Assembly (NCBI GenBank): GCA_963705305.1
Contig: OY970067.1
Coordinates: 3,456,001-3,520,000, forward strand
Length of the DNA: 64,000 nucleotides
Reading direction: 5' to 3'
Source of the DNA: an uncultured Methylomirabilota bacterium
Lineage (GTDB): Bacteria; Methylomirabilota; Methylomirabilia; Methylomirabilales; 2-02-FULL-66-22
Shown here: positions 59,423 to 64,000 of the stretch, piece after piece
Layout: each line of letters begins with the position of its first letter
How positions within the stretch are numbered: position 1 is the first letter of the stretch
Position numbers and translations under genes: made by a program
The notes under the pieces: model-generated
Told to the model about the DNA's origin: nothing
The model's database searches: none
What the model saw: only the letters and a program-made list of their open reading frames with translations

Positions 59423-60247
59423 ATGAGCATCGTGACGATCTCGCGCGAGATGGGCAGCGGCGGCTACGAGATCGCCGCGGCGACGGCGAAGGCCCTGGGG
59501 TTCGCGTACGCCAGCCGGGAGATCCTGTTGGAGGCCGCCCGGGCCTACGAGGTGCCGGAGGAGAAGATCATCGACGTGGCGGACCGGCGATTGTCCCTGT
59601 GGGAGCGTTTCGACGAAGAGAAGCGCCGCTATCTCACCTTCATCGAGGCGGCCTACTACAACTTCGTGCAGCGGGGAAACGTCGTGACCGCCGGACGCGG
59701 GGGCCCGTTCTTCCTCCGCGGGGTGAGCCATGTGCTCAAGGTGCGGATCATGGCCCCCGTCGACGTGCGGGTGCGGCGGGTCATGCAGCGGGAGAAGCTG
59801 GACCAGCGGGCGGCCGCCCAGCGGGTGCGCGATTACGATCGGGAGATGGCCGGCCGCCTCGACTATCTGTTCGGGGTGGATTGGACCCACCCCCAACACT
59901 ACGACCTCGTTCTGAACACCGAGGCGGACACCTGGCAGTTCTATGTGGATCTGCTGGTGGCGGCCGTCCACCATCCGCAATTCCAGCCGACGCCGGAGTC
60001 GATCCAGCAGATTCAGAATCTCAGCCTGGCGGCGCAGGTCCGGGCCGCCATCGCCAAAGATCCGGTGACGAAGAACATCAACGTCGAGGTCGTGGCGCAA
60101 TCGGGCCAGGTGGCGCTGAAGGGGGTGGTCTTCAGCCCCGCCATGATGGATGCGGCGGCGGACGTGGCCCGGAAGGTTTCCGGCGTCATCGGCGTGTCCT
60201 GCGAAGCGGTCGAGATACCCCGGGTCTATCCCGGTCCCATCATGTAG
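59423..60247 (+). CDS. Cytidylate kinase-like family protein with a C-terminal BON domain
   Basis: TISREMGSGG, GRGG, R..R, YDLVLNT; C-terminal V.A..G.V.LKG.V..A..VSGV. Confidence 0.8.
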   Translation: MSIVTISREMGSGGYEIAAATAKALGFAYASREILLEAARAYEVPEEKIIDVADRRLSLWERFDEEKRRYLTFIEAAYYNFVQRGNVVTAGRGGPFFLRGVSHVLKVRIMAPVDVRVRRVMQREKLDQRAAAQRVRDYDREMAGRLDYLFGVDWTHPQHYDLVLNTEADTWQFYVDLLVAAVHHPQFQPTPESIQQIQNLSLAAQVRAAIAKDPVTKNINVEVVAQSGQVALKGVVFSPAMMDAAADVARKVSGVIGVSCEAVEIPRVYPGPIM

Positions 60248-60332
60248 CGGGACGTCCCGCTCGACCGCGTGACGGTCCGGACGCATCGGCCGGCCCACAC
60301 ACTGCCGTAGGGCCTGATTCAGGGGGCGTTGC

Positions 60333-61514
60333 CTGACCAGCACCCGGTTTCTTGCCGCCTATTACTTCTGGTATTTCGCCGCCGTCGGCGTCTTCGAACC
60401 CTATCTGGCCCCGCTGTGGCAGCAGTTCGGCTTCACGCCGGCCGCCATCGGCCTTCTCGGCGCCATCATGCCGGGGGTCGCGGCCATCGCCCCCTTTTTA
60501 TGGACCGCCTATGCCGATGCCACTCGCCGCGGTGATCGAATCCTCCTCGTCAATACCTGGCTGGCGGCCCTGGCGGCGCTCTTCCTGCCGAACCTGGGCC
60601 GGCTGCTGCCCCTGTCGCTGGCCATCCTGGCGTTTGCGGCCTTTCGCTCGCCGCTCATCCCTCTCGCCAACAGCATGGCCTTCCGGGCGCTGGGAGGCCG
60701 TCCGGAAGGATTTGCCGCCATCCGGCTGTGGGGCACCATCGGTTACATTCTGAGCGCGGTCGCGGCGGGCGTCGCGATGGATCGCGCCGGCCTGCGGCCG
60801 GGGACTCACGGCGGGGCGCTGGCTATGGCCGCGTGCGGTCTCATCGGGTGGATGGGGCGCCGGCGGGACCGGGTGACCCTGGCGGCCGCGACGCTGTCGG
60901 ACATTCGTGAGGTCCTCCGCGACCGGCGCTTCCAGCTGCTGCTGGCCGCCACCGCCCTGGCGCGGGTGAGCTTCGGCCCGTACCAGACCTTTTTCACAAT
61001 TCACCTGGAGGCGCTGGGGCTGTCGCGAGCATTCGCGGGAACGGCCTGGGCTCTGGCGGCCGGCAGCGAGCTGGGTGTGATGCTGATCTGGCGGCGCCTG
61101 GCCGGCATGGCGGCGGTGCGGACCTGGCTGGTGGCGGCCCTGGCGGCGCACGCGCTGCGCTGGAGCCTCTCTATGGGGGCCGAGCGGCCCGCGGCGCTCT
61201 TGCTGATCCAGCTGACGCATGCGCTGACCTTCGGCGTCTTCTACCTGGCATCGGTCCAGAGCGTGGACGCGCTGGTCCCGGACGGGCTGCGCGCCACGGC
61301 CCAGGGGCTCTTCGCCTCGCTGGCCTTCGGGGTGGGAAGCCTGCTGGGCAGCATCCTGGCGGGGCTCGGCTTTCCCAGGCTGGGCATGCGGGGGCTGTAC
61401 GCCGCGGCGGCGGCGGTGGCGGGGCTGGCGACGGCCATCTACTGGGGCGGCACGCGCGACGGGGAATTGGGCCGCCGGACCGTCTCCATCGCCGGCGCAG
61501 GCCGGGGGGCATGA
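60333..61514 (+). CDS. MFS transporter (HcaT/MFS_1-like), probable CTG start
   Basis: YF.YFA..GVF.PY first helix lies upstream of the first ATG; IRLWGTIG, QL.HA.TFG; in-frame stop at 60315. Confidence 0.8.
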   Translation: MTSTRFLAAYYFWYFAAVGVFEPYLAPLWQQFGFTPAAIGLLGAIMPGVAAIAPFLWTAYADATRRGDRILLVNTWLAALAALFLPNLGRLLPLSLAILAFAAFRSPLIPLANSMAFRALGGRPEGFAAIRLWGTIGYILSAVAAGVAMDRAGLRPGTHGGALAMAACGLIGWMGRRRDRVTLAAATLSDIREVLRDRRFQLLLAATALARVSFGPYQTFFTIHLEALGLSRAFAGTAWALAAGSELGVMLIWRRLAGMAAVRTWLVAALAAHALRWSLSMGAERPAALLLIQLTHALTFGVFYLASVQSVDALVPDGLRATAQGLFASLAFGVGSLLGSILAGLGFPRLGMRGLYAAAAAVAGLATAIYWGGTRDGELGRRTVSIAGAGRGA

Positions 61515-62743
61515 TGGGCGCGCGATGGGCCGTCCTCCTGTTCCTGTTCGGGATCAACCTCCTGAACTACATCGATCGGCAGATCCTCTACGCCGTCTTC
61601 CCCCCCCTTCAGCAGGCGCTGGGGCTCACGGATACCCAACTGGGCCTGCTGGCCTCGGCCTTCATGTGGGTCTATCTGGGCAGCGCGCCGATCTTCGGTT
61701 TCCTGGCGGACCGCCGGTCGCGGCCGCGGCTCATGGGGCTGGGGGTCGGGCTGTGGAGCGTGGCCACCGCGGCCACGGGAATGGTCGGGACGTACGCGCA
61801 CCTGCTCTGGGCGCGCGCCGCCGTCGGGATCGGCGAGGCCAGCTACGGGGCCGTGGCCCCCGCCCTCATCTCGGACCACTTCCCCCTGCGCGAGCGGGGC
61901 AGGGCCATGGCCGTGTTCTCCATGGCCATTCCGGTGGGCAGCGCGCTCGGGTACCTGCTGGGCGGGACGCTGGGGGCGGCGTTCGGGTGGCAATCGGCGT
62001 TTTTCGTGGTGGGCGTCCCCGGCCTGCTCCTGGCCTGGAGGGTGGCGCGCGAGATCGATCCGCCCCGCGGGGCCATGGATGGGGACGGCGCGCCACGGGC
62101 GGCGCCCCCGGCGGGCCGCCGGGCGGTTGGGGAGCTGGTGCGAACGCCCAGCTACCTGCTGAACTGCCTGGCCATGACGGCCATGACCTTCGTCATCGGC
62201 GGCTTGGCGGCCTGGATTCCGACCTACCTCGTACGCGTCCGAGGCATGGAGCTGGCGCAGGCGAATGTCGTCTTCGGCCTCTTGACGCTGATCAGCGGCG
62301 TGGGCGGGACCGCGGCCGGAGGGTGGCTGGGCGACCGGCTGCTGCGCCGCTTCCCGGCGGCCTACTTCCTGGTCTCCGGCGCCGGGCTGCTCTTCAGCGT
62401 CCCGTGCGCCGCGGGGGTGATCCTGCTGGAGAGCCGGACCTGGGCGCTGGCGGCCATCTTCCTGGCGGAGGTCCTGATCTTCCTCAACACCGGCCCCCTG
62501 AACGCCATCATCGCTGCCGTCAGTCGATCGGAGGTCCGGGCCACGGCCTTTGCCCTGAACATCTTCATCATCCACCTGCTGGGGGACGCCGTCTCGCCCG
62601 CGGTGGTGGGCTTGCTCTCCGATCGGGTGGGTCTGGCCGCCGCCCTCTGGATTGCGCCTGTCGGCCTGGCGCTGGCCGCCGCCCTCAGCTTCTGGGGCTG
62701 CCGGTACTACGCGGGGGATGCGGCGCGGGTGCAAGGAGCCTGA
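61511..62743 (+). CDS. Spinster-like MFS transporter
   Basis: NLLNYIDRQ, GFLADR..R, VGIGEASY..AP.LISD.FP..RG. Confidence 0.88.
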   Translation: MMGARWAVLLFLFGINLLNYIDRQILYAVFPPLQQALGLTDTQLGLLASAFMWVYLGSAPIFGFLADRRSRPRLMGLGVGLWSVATAATGMVGTYAHLLWARAAVGIGEASYGAVAPALISDHFPLRERGRAMAVFSMAIPVGSALGYLLGGTLGAAFGWQSAFFVVGVPGLLLAWRVAREIDPPRGAMDGDGAPRAAPPAGRRAVGELVRTPSYLLNCLAMTAMTFVIGGLAAWIPTYLVRVRGMELAQANVVFGLLTLISGVGGTAAGGWLGDRLLRRFPAAYFLVSGAGLLFSVPCAAGVILLESRTWALAAIFLAEVLIFLNTGPLNAIIAAVSRSEVRATAFALNIFIIHLLGDAVSPAVVGLLSDRVGLAAALWIAPVGLALAAALSFWGCRYYAGDAARVQGA

Positions 62744-62943
62744 GGGGGCGAGAGGGCGACAGGGCGAGGGGGAGAGGGGCGACAAGGGAACGCAGGGGTG
62801 CAGGGGAGCTGGGGTGAGGGGGAGAACCGGGGAACCGGGGAACCGGGGAACCGGAGATGCGCAGGGGAGCAAGGGCGAAAGAGCGCAGAGCGTTCGAGGC
62901 TGAATGCTGAGCGCTGACTCCTTACTGCTGACCGCTGACTGCC
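62744..62943. repeat. Mosaic of octamer and heptamer tandem repeats
   Basis: (GAGGGCGA)-like x5, (GCAGGGGW)-like x4, (GAACCGGG) x4, (GAGCNNN) x4, (GCTGANN) x6. Confidence 0.75.
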
Positions 62944-62945
62944 TA

Positions 62946-63977
62946 TCACGGCGCAAGCACGATCTTCCCGAACACCTCCCGCCGCTCCAGGAGGCGATGC
63001 CCCTCGGCGCACTCGGCCAGGGGAAGGCACCGGTCCACCACGGCGCGCAGCCGCCCCGCCGCAACGTGGGCGAGGATCTCCAGCAAGTCGGCCTTGCATC
63101 CCATGAAGGCGCCCAACAGGGCGATGGACTTGGAGAAGAGGTACCGGATATCCACCCGGACATCGTAGCCGGCGGTCGCGCCGCAGGTCACCAGCCGGCC
63201 GCCCCGGGCCAGGAGGGGGATGAGCGTCTCCCAGGTCGTGCCGCCCACATGATCGACCACCACATCCACGCCCCGCTTGCCTGCCAGGCGGCGGATCTCC
63301 TGGCCCAGGTCCTGGCCGGTGTAATTGATGCCGGCGTCCGCCCCCAGGGCCCGGGCCCGGGCCAGCTTGTCCTCGGTGCCGGCGACGGCGATCACCTGCG
63401 CCCCCTGCAGCCTGGCGATCTGCAGGGCGGCGCTGCCGACGCCGCTGCCGGCCGCCATGACCACCACCTGCTCCCCGGCCCTGACGCGGGCCTGCCGGAC
63501 CAGCATGTTCCAGGCGGTGAGAAAGGCGACGGGCAGGGCTGCGGCCGCGGTCGGCTCCATGCCATCGGGGATCGGCACGCAGTTGACCTCGGGGACGCAC
63601 ACGAGCTCGGCGCAGCCGCCGTCCAGGCGATACCCTCCGATGATCTGGTAGGCGGGGCAGAAGGTGTCCTCCCCCCGCAGGCATGCCGCGCACTGCCCGC
63701 AGCTGATGCCGGGCGAAACCAGGATCCGCTGCCCGACCTGCACGCGGCCGCACAGGGGGCCCGCGGATTCCACCTCGCCTGCGATGTCGCATCCGCCGAT
63801 CTTCGGCAGGGGGACGCGAATGCCCGGTAGCCCCTTTCGCAGCCAGACATCCAGGTGGTTCAGCGCCACGGCGCGCACGCGGACGCGCACCGCGGTCGGG
63901 TCGGGGGACGGATCGGGAGCCGATTCGAAGCGCAGCACGTCGGGCCCGCCATGCTCGTGGAACCGGACGGCCTTCAT
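62946..63977 (-). CDS. Zinc-binding dehydrogenase/quinone oxidoreductase (MDR family)
   Basis: LNHLD, GCDIAG, structural Zn motif CGQCAAC..C, AGSGVG, GKIVL. Confidence 0.9.
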   Translation of the reverse strand: MKAVRFHEHGGPDVLRFESAPDPSPDPTAVRVRVRAVALNHLDVWLRKGLPGIRVPLPKIGGCDIAGEVESAGPLCGRVQVGQRILVSPGISCGQCAACLRGEDTFCPAYQIIGGYRLDGGCAELVCVPEVNCVPIPDGMEPTAAAALPVAFLTAWNMLVRQARVRAGEQVVVMAAGSGVGSAALQIARLQGAQVIAVAGTEDKLARARALGADAGINYTGQDLGQEIRRLAGKRGVDVVVDHVGGTTWETLIPLLARGGRLVTCGATAGYDVRVDIRYLFSKSIALLGAFMGCKADLLEILAHVAAGRLRAVVDRCLPLAECAEGHRLLERREVFGKIVLAP

Positions 63978-64000
63978 GGAGCCTCCTCTCGCGGGATGGG

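Overview
High-GC (about 70%) chromosomal region of a diderm bacterium (TonB receptor, Tol-Pal, c-di-AMP module, hopanoid-type HpnD). The lineage cannot be fixed from the sequence alone; the gene mix resembles Methylomirabilota/deltaproteobacteria-like taxa (inference). It is mostly core genome. Left part: cobalamin uptake (btuF-btuC-btuD, B12 riboswitch, btuB, two tonB), Ntn-acylase, M50 protease, AIR-synthase-like gene, REC-HisKA protein, ispH-hpnD, an ABC-2 exporter, bacillithiol genes bshC-bshA and tolQRAB-pal-cpoB. Centre: an isolated dnaA with a DnaA-box cluster (probable oriC at about 29.1-29.4 kb). Right part: a Liv-type ABC importer, a Wsp/Frz-like chemosensory operon, clpB, tilS-hpt-ftsH, cdaA-cdaR-glmM-pdxJ-acpS-nnr, malic enzyme, tsaE, htrA, two MFS transporters and an MDR oxidoreductase. 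No rRNA, tRNA, CRISPR array or transposase was seen. The most notable signals are: (1) an intact PdxJ homologue that has lost essentially all catalytic residues; (2) six copies plus one remnant of a structured IS5-like MITE, four abutting stop codons, that grow by nested palindromic modules, plus a separate IS630-like MITE; (3) a cobalamin riboswitch lacking P2 and carrying a 33-nt insert in L4; (4) dnaA/oriC without dnaN or rpmH; (5) intergenic mosaics of 7-9-mer tandem repeats. Four single-base frameshifts (btuF, both tonB, MCP) look like long-read assembly errors.
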